DNA of 56,356 bases from a virus. Lineage: Duplodnaviria; Caudoviricetes. Location: positions 1-56,356 of IMG/VR virus record IMGVR_UViG_3300046534_001186; one strand, given 5' to 3'. Below, piece after piece: positions 10,456 to 20,900 of the stretch. The notes below the pieces were generated by a model. The model was not told the origin of the DNA. It saw only the letters and a list, made by a program, of their open reading frames with translations, and made no database searches. The first letter of the stretch is position 1; each line of letters opens with the position of its first letter. The position numbers and the translations under genes were made by a program.

Positions 10456-13400
10456 TGCCAATAACACCGGACCAGATTAGGCAGATGAAGCAGTTTGACA
10501 CCGACCGAGAGGCGGAGAACCTGCAGTCCAAGCTCAATGCGAGCATAGGCCGAGACCCCAGCAAAGACGCCGAGGTGTTGACCCTCAGTAACGAGACCCA
10601 GCTGCCGTTCGATGTGGTCGAAAGGAGGCTTCCCGAGATCCGCAAGCGCGGGCAGTCAGACCCGTACGACGCCAAGGGGCTGATAGCTAGCCACCCGCGC
10701 ACCGCGCAGTATTTGTCCTCGGGCCGCAATGCGTTGGCAGCTGCTCAAGACATCCCAGCGATGCGAGACCTCGAGGACGAACTGTGGGGCAAACGGAAAG
10801 GCACCCCGTTCTTGAAGAACACAGTGCTCGCCATGGGCGAGAGAACTAATGACCTCACTGGTAACCTTGTCGAGCTAGTGGGTAACCTCTATTCGGAGGT
10901 GTCGGCGTTCGACCCCACGATTGAGTTCGGCGAGGATGGAATGTCGTTTAACTTTATCGACGACTCTCCCCGAGACCCGAACGCGTTCCAGCGGGTAGGC
11001 AAAGCTGTCTCAGAAGGCAGCTTAGGGTACGTGCCCACCTTCACTTGGGAGAATTTGAAAGGCGACTTATCCGTGGCCAACTTGGCGGGGTACGTTGTGG
11101 AGACCGGCGCGCAGTCCATGGTGGACATGGCCGCGATGCTCACCACCATGCCGGCGTACCTAGCCAGCCGCACCGAGGAGATAGCTGAGAGCCGCGTAGA
11201 GAACATCGAGGGCCGAGATAACGTGACTCTGGCGGATCTAGCCGCGTCTGTGCCAACGGCGGTGCTAGTCAGCCTTATAGACCGGTTCTCTGCAAAAGGG
11301 ATACTGGGCCTAGCCGACGACGTACCTGTCGGCACGGGGTTTGGCTTCGCAGCTAAAGAAGTCGGGAAGAAAGGGGTTCTCGAGGGCGGCACCGAGTTTA
11401 TCCAAGAACAAATTGAATACGCGGGCGAAGTACTGGGCACGGACGTAGACTTCGACGCAATGGTCTCGCTCGATCGAGGCCTCGCGGGGGCGGTAGCGGG
11501 AGGCCCAATGGGCGCGACTATACGCACTCTGTCTCTGCCAGCTAACGCGCTTGCGGCTAGGGCTGAGAAAGAAGTATCGGTTCGAGTGGAAAGTGCGGTC
11601 GAGCAGGTGTCAATTGCTAACATAATTACGAAAATTAAAGGCATGAAGCTGTCGCAGTCAGCGCCCGCCGAGCAGCGCAAGTTCCTAGAAGGGCTGGACG
11701 GGGACCACCAACTCTACGTGACGCCCGAGGAGGTCTTGGCGGCTGCGGAGGAGGGGCTGCCTGTGCCTAAGGCGATGCTCGACCAGGCTACGAACAACCC
11801 GAGCACGGATGTGACTATCAAGGTCTCAGAGTTCGGCGCCGACGTGGTGTCTAACGAGCAGCTACTGGCTCGGCTAGAGACTCACATGAAGATGTCGCCT
11901 AACAGTATGACCCGCGCCGAGATGGACGCTAAGGACTCTTCTAAGATCGGGGACATGATGGCCCGCGCCAAGCAGGACTCAGAGCTAAGATCCGAAGCAG
12001 ACGCTATCCATGCGAGTGTGACGGACCAGCTCGTGGCGACTAAGCGCATGACTCGCGCCCAAGCGGCCAAGCAGGCCCAGCTGATACCAGCCTACGTGAC
12101 CACATCGGTCGAGAGGCTCAGAGAACGCGGCATAGACATCTCGGTGACTGAGATGTACGAGAAGATGAATTTTACCGTCGAGGCTGCTACGGCGCCCACG
12201 ACGAGGAAGTCCGGCCCCGAAGTATTGGCGCAATCGCAAGCCGAGGGCTATGAGGGCACCGACCCCGGGGAAGCCCAAGAGTGGGTGGACGGCGTTGCTA
12301 AGTTCGGGGCCGAGGGTATGACTACTGAGGCCCGCATGTCCCGTGCAGCAGAGATGGGGTTTGATGCTGATACTGTTTACTACCACAAGTCAAAGAATGA
12401 CTTTTCAGAATTTTCTAGGGATGTTGAATCTGGGTGGACGAATGATAGCAAAACAAATGGGATTTACTTTGCCAGCGACCCTTATTATGCAGGCATGTAT
12501 CCTGGAACTACTGTTTACCCTACATATTTAAAGAAGGGAGCAAGGATTAAAGACGTTAGCTCTAACTTGGAGCTATCAGACCAGCACAAAGAAACCAGAA
12601 AGGCTGAACAAGACGGATTTACGGCTGTAAGAATTACAGACAATTCTTTGGGTGAGTTTATTGTTTTTGACCCTTCCCAGATACGCTCAGTAAACGCAGC
12701 GTTTGACCCGGACGCATCTAGCTCGCCCAACATTCTGGCGCAAGGCCCCAACTCCGGGGACGGACAGACGTTAAAACAATCCGTAGACTTGAACGAGATC
12801 ACCGACAGCATGCAGGAGCTGGACCTGACGGTGCCGTTAGATAAACAGGGCGTGGATCCGAAGATAATCGCGCGTATTGAGAAACATGTAGGCGAGGATA
12901 TGCTGGCTGTGCTGGTCGAAAATGCCAACGCTGACATCGCGGACCTTACCGGTAGCGAGCTACACCAATTCATGGCGCGGATCTTGTCCGAGGGGTCGTT
13001 ACCCTACTACACGGATTCTGTGGGGGACCCCGACATCGATGCTGTCCGATACCTGCGCCGCATGGGCCTGTTCGTTGCAGCACGGGACGTATCCGACGAC
13101 GCAGCACTGTACCAAGAGGGGGAGAGCGGACCTACGGTGAAGGGCGAGCTGGAGTTCTTCTCGGACGACTCTCGCATAATTAAGCTGTTTGAGACATCCG
13201 ACGAGTCCACATTCCTACACGAGGCGGCTCACCTGTTCCTTGAGACAGAGAAACAGCTTGCCGCAGAGTTTGGGTTAGGCGAGAACCAGCAGTCGATCCT
13301 AGACTTCTTGGAGCTAGACTCGTTTGACAGCATTCCCGTAGAAAAGCACGAGCTGTTTGCTCGCACATTCGAGCAGTACCTGCGGACCGGTGACGCCCCA

Positions 13401-16400
13401 TCCCCGACCCTGCGCGACGCCTTTGTGGAGTTCGCGCGCTGGTTGTCTCGCGTGTACCAGTCGGCCCTAGCGCTGAACGCCCCACTCACTGACGAGGCCA
13501 AGGGGATGTTTGATCGGCTGCTAGCTACCCAGAAAGAGATCGAAGACTCCAAGACTGAGCCAGTGTGGGCGCAGTTCTTTAAGGACATAAAGTCGGCAGG
13601 CATGACCGAGGCCCAGTGGGCGAAGTACCAGGCCCAGGTTAAGAGAAAGTCCGAGAGAGCAGAAGGCTCGCTGTACGACAAATTGACCAAGCAGTACATG
13701 AGCCGGCGCACGACCGAGTGGAACCAAGAGAGGAAGCCATTGGTCGAGATGGCCATGGAGCGGCTCGAGGACTCACCAATCTACGGCGCCATCAAAGCGA
13801 TGAGGGAAGTGCCGCTGGACAGCGAGGCGCTTAAACCGTTTCTAGCGGGTAACCCTAAAGCTGCGGGTAGATTCATAGCGCTGCGCAAGGCTGACGGCTC
13901 GGGGATGGACCCCCGGCTGTACGTGGAGCAGTTCGGGTTTGAGTCTGTGGAGGCCATGGTCAACGCGATTACGAACGCGCCGGCTCTCAAGGTCGCGGCG
14001 ACCGCCGAGGCACAGCGTTTGATGATCAAGAAGTACGGCGACATCTTAAATGACGGCACGCTGGAGAAAGAAGTCAGGGACTCCCTACACAACGCCGAGC
14101 AAGCTAAGCTGCTGCAGATGGAGCTAGCTGCTATGGCTAGAAGGCGCCGGACCAAGGAGCCCCTAGACCTCAAGGCCCTGCGCTCTGACGCTAAAAAGAT
14201 CATAAGCCAGATGAGAGCTGCCGACATCCGCCCCGACAAGTTCTACAGATCCGAGGTTAGGGCAGCTGTCGCAGCTGGCAAAGCCAAGACCGCCGAAGAA
14301 GCGTACCAAGCCAAACTCCAGCAGCTGGCTAACCACTACCTGTACAAGGAGGCGCTGGCCGCTAGGCGAAACGCGGCCAAGTACCGCAAGCACATGTTTG
14401 GGGTGCTCAACCGTACCTATCGCACCAGCGAGGTGGCTAAAGAATACGTGCAGGAGATGAAGCAGCTCGTGCGCATGTACAACATGAAGACCCCCGACGA
14501 GAGGGATGCTGTAGCAGCTAAGTTCTTCACGTTCATGTCAGGCCAGCTCGAGGCGGGCGTGCCCATCGATCTCAAAGACCACAACTTGATATTGCTCGAT
14601 CACCGTAATCGCCTAGGGGGGTCTATCGATTTTAGCATGCCACTGGTGTCTGACTTGACGATGGACCAGCTGCGCTCGGCGTATGAGCAGCTAGTGCACC
14701 TCCGGCACATGGGGGGCGTAGAGGCTCAGAAAGAGAAAGCCGAACTAGTCGAGAAACGGCAGACATTAGTTGACGCGCTGCAAACGAAGATCTCTAAGGC
14801 CGCGAATAAGCGTCAGTACAAAACCGAGAAACAGCTAGAACGCGCGTCGGCCCCAAAGTCCTTGTTCTACAAACTGCCTTCTCTGCGCAACCTGATACGC
14901 GACCTAGACAACGGGGACGCAGGCGCGTTCGCCAAGCTACTGTGGACGCCCATCTACACCGCCGAGAACAAGAAGCTGTCGATCCATAAGGAGTGGTACG
15001 ACGAGCTTAACAACTTAATGACAGGTCCAGACGGTAAAGAGTTTGACCTCTCTTCGATTAACGACAATAAGGAGAGCCGCGTGACCATCCCAGGCACCGG
15101 TCTCTCCATGACAGCGCGAGAGCGCGTGATGCTGGCGTTGTACTGGGGCGAAGAGTACAGCCGCGACGCTGTGATCGATGGCTACCGAAAAGCCCCCACC
15201 GGCGAGATGGAACTAGACGAGGAGGGCAACTCCACTAAGATCAAAAAGAAGGGTGAGAAGACCGTCTCCGTCGAGAATGTAGAGGAGATGTTAGAAAATC
15301 TAACCGACCAGCAGATCGAAATTGTTAACAGGATCTGGCAATTCCACGACTATATCTCCGCCCCTCTGTTTGAGTCTGAGTACAAGCGGGGCGGCGTGGC
15401 GCCTGAGAAGATCCCAGCTGTCCCGTTCGAGATCAGGGGCAAGCCGATGAGAGGAGGGCACATGCGCCTGTACTACCACGGCCAGCCGACGATGGAACTC
15501 GCCGCAGAAGCTACGCTAATCTCAACTAATAACGTGACCCCGTCTAAGCACGGCTCTGTTTACGAGCGACTCGGATCTGGCGGAAAGAAAGTCAGCATGA
15601 ACATGGACAACATCTTCCGCAATATCACTGAGGCGATCCACAAGGTGGCCTACACTGACGCGGCTAGAGAGCTTAATCAGATTTACGCCCACCGCTCGAC
15701 CCGCGAGGCTATCACTGACGCTATGGGCCAAGGGTTCGAGCAGGCGCTGTTCGAAAACATCAGGGGGCTGGTGACGGACATGAAGGAGCCCCAAGGTGAC
15801 AAGTACATCGCCGCTGCGTCTCGCTGGCTGAGAACGTCAGCGTCGAGCATGTACCTGTCCTTTGGCGTTCGTAACATTGTGCAGCAGTTCGGCACGATCA
15901 TAACTGCAGTAGACGAGCTACCGGGCGCGAGCTACGCGGTCGCGGTGGCTGAGTTCGCTTCCGACTGGGATGGCAACACCGCGAAGGTTAATGAGCTGTC
16001 CCCCCAGATGGCGTCAAGGGATGTGAACCTCAACCGAGAGCACTCCGAGATGCTAGCCCGTGTGGACACAGGCACTAGGTTCGAGAAGTATGTGCAGGTG
16101 GCGAACCGGTACGGATTCAAGCCCCACGTGTTCATCGATGGCATGATCGCCTACCCCCTGTGGCTCAAGGTGTACAACAACGCTATCGAGCAGCACGGCG
16201 ACTTGGTCAGAGCGGCGTCTGAGGCGGACGTGTCCGTGGCGGAGACAGTGGGATCGGGGCTCGACATCAACATCGGCAAGTTCTTTAGATCCAACGAGAG
16301 CGAGTTCATTAAGCTCATGGGCCTGTTCGGGTCATGGTTTAACGGGGTAATATTTCAGAGGGCGTACAAGTCCACTGAGGGCGGGTCCAAGGTGGTCAGC

Positions 16401-16877
16401 ACCAAGGCGGCTAGGCAGCTAATCGCAGTTCCGTTTGCGCTAGCGGCGGCCACGCAGTGGCTAGTAGCTGACTTCCCAGACGAAGACGACGAGGAGGGGC
16501 TGCTGTCTTGGTCCGCGAGAACGTACCTGGGGTTTATGTCAGGCACGATCCCGATGTCGGGGATGTTCGTGTCGGAGATGAGAGGGTTTGGCGCCCAGTC
16601 CATGACCACATCAGTCGCGGGCAAACTGGCGCAGGGACTCACTCTGCCGGGGCGAGCGTTCGGAGAAGACTCAGAAATGACCGCCTCCGAGGGGCTCTAC
16701 GAGTTGCTCACTATCACTGGAACGGTCATGCCGGTGCCGGGGCTAGGCAACGTGACGAGGATGCTGCAGTACTATAATTCTCGTCAAGATGGGAACGAAG
16801 ACGAGATTGAGGATATACTAGGCTGGACGCAGGAGACCTACCAGGCTCTAGTGGAAGGCTCGGATAAAAATCGGTAA
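10455..16877 (+). CDS. Large internal virion (ejection) protein, gp16-like polyvalent protein with ART-like and zincin-like domains
   Basis: 2140 aa. Contains YYHKS..GIYFASD..GEFIVFDPSQIRSVNAAFDP (ART-PolyVal-like) and IIKLFE.SDESTFLHEAAH (HExxH). Synteny fits. Confidence 0.75.
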   Translation: MPITPDQIRQMKQFDTDREAENLQSKLNASIGRDPSKDAEVLTLSNETQLPFDVVERRLPEIRKRGQSDPYDAKGLIASHPRTAQYLSSGRNALAAAQDIPAMRDLEDELWGKRKGTPFLKNTVLAMGERTNDLTGNLVELVGNLYSEVSAFDPTIEFGEDGMSFNFIDDSPRDPNAFQRVGKAVSEGSLGYVPTFTWENLKGDLSVANLAGYVVETGAQSMVDMAAMLTTMPAYLASRTEEIAESRVENIEGRDNVTLADLAASVPTAVLVSLIDRFSAKGILGLADDVPVGTGFGFAAKEVGKKGVLEGGTEFIQEQIEYAGEVLGTDVDFDAMVSLDRGLAGAVAGGPMGATIRTLSLPANALAARAEKEVSVRVESAVEQVSIANIITKIKGMKLSQSAPAEQRKFLEGLDGDHQLYVTPEEVLAAAEEGLPVPKAMLDQATNNPSTDVTIKVSEFGADVVSNEQLLARLETHMKMSPNSMTRAEMDAKDSSKIGDMMARAKQDSELRSEADAIHASVTDQLVATKRMTRAQAAKQAQLIPAYVTTSVERLRERGIDISVTEMYEKMNFTVEAATAPTTRKSGPEVLAQSQAEGYEGTDPGEAQEWVDGVAKFGAEGMTTEARMSRAAEMGFDADTVYYHKSKNDFSEFSRDVESGWTNDSKTNGIYFASDPYYAGMYPGTTVYPTYLKKGARIKDVSSNLELSDQHKETRKAEQDGFTAVRITDNSLGEFIVFDPSQIRSVNAAFDPDASSSPNILAQGPNSGDGQTLKQSVDLNEITDSMQELDLTVPLDKQGVDPKIIARIEKHVGEDMLAVLVENANADIADLTGSELHQFMARILSEGSLPYYTDSVGDPDIDAVRYLRRMGLFVAARDVSDDAALYQEGESGPTVKGELEFFSDDSRIIKLFETSDESTFLHEAAHLFLETEKQLAAEFGLGENQQSILDFLELDSFDSIPVEKHELFARTFEQYLRTGDAPSPTLRDAFVEFARWLSRVYQSALALNAPLTDEAKGMFDRLLATQKEIEDSKTEPVWAQFFKDIKSAGMTEAQWAKYQAQVKRKSERAEGSLYDKLTKQYMSRRTTEWNQERKPLVEMAMERLEDSPIYGAIKAMREVPLDSEALKPFLAGNPKAAGRFIALRKADGSGMDPRLYVEQFGFESVEAMVNAITNAPALKVAATAEAQRLMIKKYGDILNDGTLEKEVRDSLHNAEQAKLLQMELAAMARRRRTKEPLDLKALRSDAKKIISQMRAADIRPDKFYRSEVRAAVAAGKAKTAEEAYQAKLQQLANHYLYKEALAARRNAAKYRKHMFGVLNRTYRTSEVAKEYVQEMKQLVRMYNMKTPDERDAVAAKFFTFMSGQLEAGVPIDLKDHNLILLDHRNRLGGSIDFSMPLVSDLTMDQLRSAYEQLVHLRHMGGVEAQKEKAELVEKRQTLVDALQTKISKAANKRQYKTEKQLERASAPKSLFYKLPSLRNLIRDLDNGDAGAFAKLLWTPIYTAENKKLSIHKEWYDELNNLMTGPDGKEFDLSSINDNKESRVTIPGTGLSMTARERVMLALYWGEEYSRDAVIDGYRKAPTGEMELDEEGNSTKIKKKGEKTVSVENVEEMLENLTDQQIEIVNRIWQFHDYISAPLFESEYKRGGVAPEKIPAVPFEIRGKPMRGGHMRLYYHGQPTMELAAEATLISTNNVTPSKHGSVYERLGSGGKKVSMNMDNIFRNITEAIHKVAYTDAARELNQIYAHRSTREAITDAMGQGFEQALFENIRGLVTDMKEPQGDKYIAAASRWLRTSASSMYLSFGVRNIVQQFGTIITAVDELPGASYAVAVAEFASDWDGNTAKVNELSPQMASRDVNLNREHSEMLARVDTGTRFEKYVQVANRYGFKPHVFIDGMIAYPLWLKVYNNAIEQHGDLVRAASEADVSVAETVGSGLDINIGKFFRSNESEFIKLMGLFGSWFNGVIFQRAYKSTEGGSKVVSTKAARQLIAVPFALAAATQWLVADFPDEDDEEGLLSWSARTYLGFMSGTIPMSGMFVSEMRGFGAQSMTTSVAGKLAQGLTLPGRAFGEDSEMTASEGLYELLTITGTVMPVPGLGNVTRMLQYYNSRQDGNEDEIEDILGWTQETYQALVEGSDKNR

Positions 16878-16891
16878 CTAGGAGAACGATC

Positions 16892-17188
16892 ATGGCAATA
16901 GAAATTAGCGTGACAGGAACAACCATCACGTCGCTGGGAATTGTGGACGCGAGCAAGAAAGGCATGGCCATTCTCGTACGGGCGGCCAGCGATTTGGACG
17001 GCGGGACAATTACTATAAGCACCCGCCCGTCGGGGAACACTGGCGTACGGGAGGTATTGTCCACAGCTTTGGACGGGGCCGACCCCACAACAGCGTCCGC
17101 GACGTTCACGGTAGGGTCTATGATGGAGGTGTTCGCTACTCAGTCCGGCGCCAGCTCTACCGTAGTATACATCGTCTCTCAGTACTAG
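16892..17188 (+). CDS. Small beta-rich virion protein, hypothetical
   Basis: AGGAG RBS; located in the tail module. Confidence 0.6.
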   Translation: MAIEISVTGTTITSLGIVDASKKGMAILVRAASDLDGGTITISTRPSGNTGVREVLSTALDGADPTTASATFTVGSMMEVFATQSGASSTVVYIVSQY

Positions 17189-17197
17189 GAGCCTCTC

Positions 17198-18769
17198 ATG
17201 GTGAACATCCGAAGGACATTAGGGGCGGTACAGTCCAGCGTAGTTGGGGTGATCTCCGACTGGCAGCAACCTAACTTCCAGGCGTCACTGCTTGCAGCAC
17301 GCTACTTCCTTCCCTTCGATCCTGTGCTTAACAGCTACGGAAAACTTGCCGCAGCTTGGACGCCAGCGGGTGATTTTAAAGTCGAGATAAACTTTTCATG
17401 TACTAGTGGCTCTGGTGGTTACGTATTTTTTGACTATAGTCCCAATGGTCTTCTCTTTTGGGTTAGGGACGGAATACTTCAAGCGTATGTGGGAAATGGG
17501 TCCAGTTGGGTAATTTCGGAATTTAACGGTGTCTCCACCGTGACAGACGGAAAGTGGCGCAAAGCTGGACTTAGTAAAGTCGGTAGCTTATATACTATTT
17601 TTCTTGACGATGTAATAGAAAGCACAGTAACGAACGCCGCCGCAGTCACCCCCTACGTCAGCGAAGTAGGCAGAAGAAGCACCGGCTTTAATTACTTCCC
17701 CGGCGTACTAGCAAACCCCAAACTAACCGACCTAGACACGCCCGCGAACAGCCTAGAATTTAAGCTAAACAAAGCGACTGGCGAATACGAGCTGCCCGTT
17801 GGCAATGTGACCGGTAGTGAGTTAGTGACTAATAGCGTTGATCTTGTTAACACAACGGGGTGGACTTCGGCGCGAGGATATTCGACTCTATCGGTAGCGG
17901 CGGGAAACCTAAGAGTAACCGCAGACTCGACAACTACAATGGGCGGTTCTCATGGGATTCCGACTGAGGTTGGTGCGACTTATGAGTACAAATATACTTT
18001 TATTGAAGGGACAGCAACAGGCGCGGACGTCAGGATTCGATACGGTACGACTTCCAACCTAAATGCGGATCAAGATACATTACTGACGGAAAGTGGCTCG
18101 GGAACCGTAATTTTTGTTGCTACAAGCACGACCATGTATGTAGGCACTATTAGTACAGGGCATACGGCAGGCCAATACCACGAACTGGCTTTAACCTCGG
18201 TCAAAAAAGTAACCAGCGTCCTACTGTACAACAACATTCCCGAAGCCAGCAGATTCCAAGCGGGGCTTGTCGGGCGGGACTGGGTGGCTACAAATGAACA
18301 GTTTGAAAACGGTGATTTTGCCAGCAGTAGCGGGTGGACGTTGGGAAGCGGGGCAACAATCACAAATGGACAATTAGTTCTAGTTTCATCATCAGCTGAT
18401 AATTACAGACCTACCGCTGATGGGGTGGTGTTCCCCGAAGGGATACCTTTCTTGGTTTCTGTATCAGTATCCAGTTATGTTTCTGGCGATTTTGATTATC
18501 AGTTGGGTCTACCGAGCGATACGGCCTCGCACTTACTCGATGTAAATGCAAATGGAATTTCAAAAGGTGTCCGCATAGTGACTTCAGACTCAACCAATAG
18601 GCCAAATATATCTACTAGTGGGGATGCCTTTACCGGAAATATTGACTACATATCAGGTAAACGCATCCTAGAAGCGCCACCACTGCCAATAGCCTTGTTT
18701 ACTTTAAGTGGTATAATGACGTGCGATGGCACAATATCTTGTTCAGAAATAATACCTTGTGGAGATTGA
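17198..18769 (+). CDS. Tail fibre / receptor-binding protein with LamG (ConA-like) and carbohydrate-binding-like modules
   Basis: LamG-like DGKW..YTIFLDD..VGRR..YFPG; CBM-like ELVTN..GW and FENGDF..GW. Confidence 0.65.
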   Translation: MVNIRRTLGAVQSSVVGVISDWQQPNFQASLLAARYFLPFDPVLNSYGKLAAAWTPAGDFKVEINFSCTSGSGGYVFFDYSPNGLLFWVRDGILQAYVGNGSSWVISEFNGVSTVTDGKWRKAGLSKVGSLYTIFLDDVIESTVTNAAAVTPYVSEVGRRSTGFNYFPGVLANPKLTDLDTPANSLEFKLNKATGEYELPVGNVTGSELVTNSVDLVNTTGWTSARGYSTLSVAAGNLRVTADSTTTMGGSHGIPTEVGATYEYKYTFIEGTATGADVRIRYGTTSNLNADQDTLLTESGSGTVIFVATSTTMYVGTISTGHTAGQYHELALTSVKKVTSVLLYNNIPEASRFQAGLVGRDWVATNEQFENGDFASSSGWTLGSGATITNGQLVLVSSSADNYRPTADGVVFPEGIPFLVSVSVSSYVSGDFDYQLGLPSDTASHLLDVNANGISKGVRIVTSDSTNRPNISTSGDAFTGNIDYISGKRILEAPPLPIALFTLSGIMTCDGTISCSEIIPCGD

Positions 18770-18772
18770 ATA

Positions 18773-19339
18773 ATGGCAATTGCAAATGCAACATGTGGCG
18801 TAACTATAGGTTCAGAACTTGTGGCCATAGTTAACGCAATAAAAACGGTAGCAGAGAGGGCCACCACTACTTATTGGTTCGATGCAAACGATGCCGCAAC
18901 AGCGTCTTCGCCCATAGCTCATAGCGCCAACTCAACTACTACTTTTTTAACCAATGACGGAGCTGGTTCCAGCACTACGTCCTATAACCCTGATTCAAAA
19001 GCGGCGTTGTGGAACACAGCTACAAACAAGTTTGATTTTAGTAGCTTAAAAACTGGTGATACTGTCGAATTTAGAATTGACGTAAACATAGCAAACGCGG
19101 CGGCGCAGGAGATTAATCTAGTCATGGACCTTGCTGAAGGCAGCGGTAATGAGTATAGCTTAAACGTCAACCATACTTATTTTAAAACGGCCTCGTCAGG
19201 CGATCAGATTACCGCGATGTTTCGCGTGTACATGGGCGATGAAGATACTAGAACAGGGACGGCAAGGTTTAGGCTTACGTCAATTGCAGCAACTACTGTA
19301 GTTGTTAATGGCTGGTTTTACCAGATTACGTCGGTTTAA
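18773..19339 (+). CDS. Putative tail-associated beta-sandwich protein
   Basis: Beta-rich; LWN.ATNKFDFSSLKTGD motif; follows the fibre gene. Confidence 0.5.
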   Translation: MAIANATCGVTIGSELVAIVNAIKTVAERATTTYWFDANDAATASSPIAHSANSTTTFLTNDGAGSSTTSYNPDSKAALWNTATNKFDFSSLKTGDTVEFRIDVNIANAAAQEINLVMDLAEGSGNEYSLNVNHTYFKTASSGDQITAMFRVYMGDEDTRTGTARFRLTSIAATTVVVNGWFYQITSV

Positions 19340-19356
19340 TAAAAAGGCTAAATCTA

Positions 19357-19698
19357 ATGTATTACGCTTATCACCTTGGTTTTATACCCTTGCAGCTAAC
19401 GGCCCTATACCCCCGTCACGCAGTGTATGGGGGGCTGGCCGTATTCGGTGAGTCTATTGAAGCACTGACGGGCGTCACGCTCGCCCCCGAAGAGATCGAC
19501 AGCTATACCTACTTAGCCCAGTTAGCCGACGAGGCGGACCACGAGCACGCGCGCACTGCCGCTAACAAATCGCTGCGGGAGGCACTGCAGATAGCTCTGG
19601 CGGCACCCGACAGCAGAGAGATCCGTGTCAATAGCCAGCAAGCCCACTTGCTGCGCGACGACTGGCTCTCCGCACAACCAGACGAACAGCGAGTGTAA
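19357..19698 (+). CDS. Hypothetical protein
   Basis: ORF packed tightly between tail genes and the holin. Confidence 0.6.
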   Translation: MYYAYHLGFIPLQLTALYPRHAVYGGLAVFGESIEALTGVTLAPEEIDSYTYLAQLADEADHEHARTAANKSLREALQIALAAPDSREIRVNSQQAHLLRDDWLSAQPDEQRV

Positions 19699-19700
19699 CT

Positions 19701-20135
19701 ATGACAATTGGAATAGATGCGGTTCTCAACATAGGCGGTAAGGTCATCGATAGATTGTGGCCGGACCCTGCCGAGCGCGACAAAGCTAAGCTCCGGCTGG
19801 TGGAGCTGCAGCAGAAAGGCGAGCTGGCGGATCTGAACGCGGATCTCGAACGCAGCCTCGCGCAGATTCGGGTTAACGAGAAGCAGGCCGAGAGTGGCTC
19901 GATATTCGTGTCGGGCGCCCGCCCTTTTATAATGTGGGTGTGCGGATTCGCGCTCGCCTACGCCACAATCATTCAACCCGTACTGGCGTTTGTTATTGTG
20001 CTAACGATGGACGCACCGCCCGAGCTGCCCGCAGTGGACACGAGCTTGCTATACCCCGTGCTCATGGGACTTCTCGGTCTCGGAACTATGCGCACCGTCG
20101 AGAAAAAACAAGGTGTGGCTAGGTCCGCACTCTAG
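19701..20135 (+). CDS. Holin (GTA 3TM-holin-like)
   Basis: IDRLWPDP..AQI.VN..A.SGSIFVSGARPFIMWVCG..LMGLLGLGTMRTVEK. Confidence 0.85.
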   Translation: MTIGIDAVLNIGGKVIDRLWPDPAERDKAKLRLVELQQKGELADLNADLERSLAQIRVNEKQAESGSIFVSGARPFIMWVCGFALAYATIIQPVLAFVIVLTMDAPPELPAVDTSLLYPVLMGLLGLGTMRTVEKKQGVARSAL

Positions 20136-20481
20136 GCCAGTCCGCGTGGGCTACCTCTCGATCCCACGTGCTGCGCCCTGACTGTATGCCTCGGGCGTGA
20201 CACTTCTCGTGGGTCACAGTATCCATACGACTCTGCTCGTCCATGCCTTGGAATATAAAGACATCGAAGTCCTGAGTGAGGTATCCGTGCGACTTGGTCC
20301 TAGTGACCTCTTGGATCTCTTGCCACGGCACGTAATTTATGGACCGGATATACGGCTCCGGCTCGTCCGACCACGGGCAGATCAGCCACTGCTCGACTTT
20401 AACGCCGGGCATCGTCACGACCCCGGTGGCCAGCAGCACGGCCAGTATGATTGCGATCAATAAAGCTATTAGTTTTCCCAT
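20119..20481 (-). CDS. Membrane-anchored hypothetical protein with an HExxH motif
   Basis: N-terminal TM segment; THEKCH. Confidence 0.55.
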   Translation of the reverse strand: MGKLIALLIAIILAVLLATGVVTMPGVKVEQWLICPWSDEPEPYIRSINYVPWQEIQEVTRTKSHGYLTQDFDVFIFQGMDEQSRMDTVTHEKCHARGIQSGRSTWDREVAHADWPRVRT

Positions 20482-20882
20482 TACTCGTACTCACTCTCGT
20501 CAAGTTGTATGTGTGGTAGATCTCGAAAGTTTGGCCACAGGCCGCCCCACCATAGTTTAATGCCCATCTCTCCCGCAGCGACCAGGTACGCCCCCGCTAC
20601 AATAGCATAGCTCACGGGGTCGTTGTTCGGCCCGTCGATCCACGGAGCTGGGTCGATCGCCGCCCCCAGCTGGTGCTTGCTGACGTGGATCACCCCGTCC
20701 TTTTGGCTGTCCCCGTTTTCGAATAGTACGCGCTGGAACGCTGTCGTGCGGAGCCCGCCGCCGCGCCCTATCCCGAAGTCGATCGGGCTTATCTCTAAGG
20801 CCCGGTAGCTAACGCGGATCAATTTCTCCCGCACGCCGACCATGCGATTCACGGAGTTGTCGCTAAATTCAAAGTTGTGCAT
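20481..20882 (-). CDS. Endolysin, M15 family (L-Ala-D-Glu peptidase-like)
   Basis: GLRT..Q..L..G.S....SKH..G.AID..WGG.W..F.D.PH.QL. Confidence 0.88.
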   Translation of the reverse strand: MHNFEFSDNSVNRMVGVREKLIRVSYRALEISPIDFGIGRGGGLRTTAFQRVLFENGDSQKDGVIHVSKHQLGAAIDPAPWIDGPNNDPVSYAIVAGAYLVAAGEMGIKLWWGGLWPNFRDLPHIQLDESEYE

Positions 20883-20900
20883 GTCAGTGCCTCCTATTGG

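Noticed and set aside
17198-19339. BPP-1-like diversity-generating retroelement
   Set aside because: No reverse transcriptase, and no TR/VR pair differing at adenines was seen
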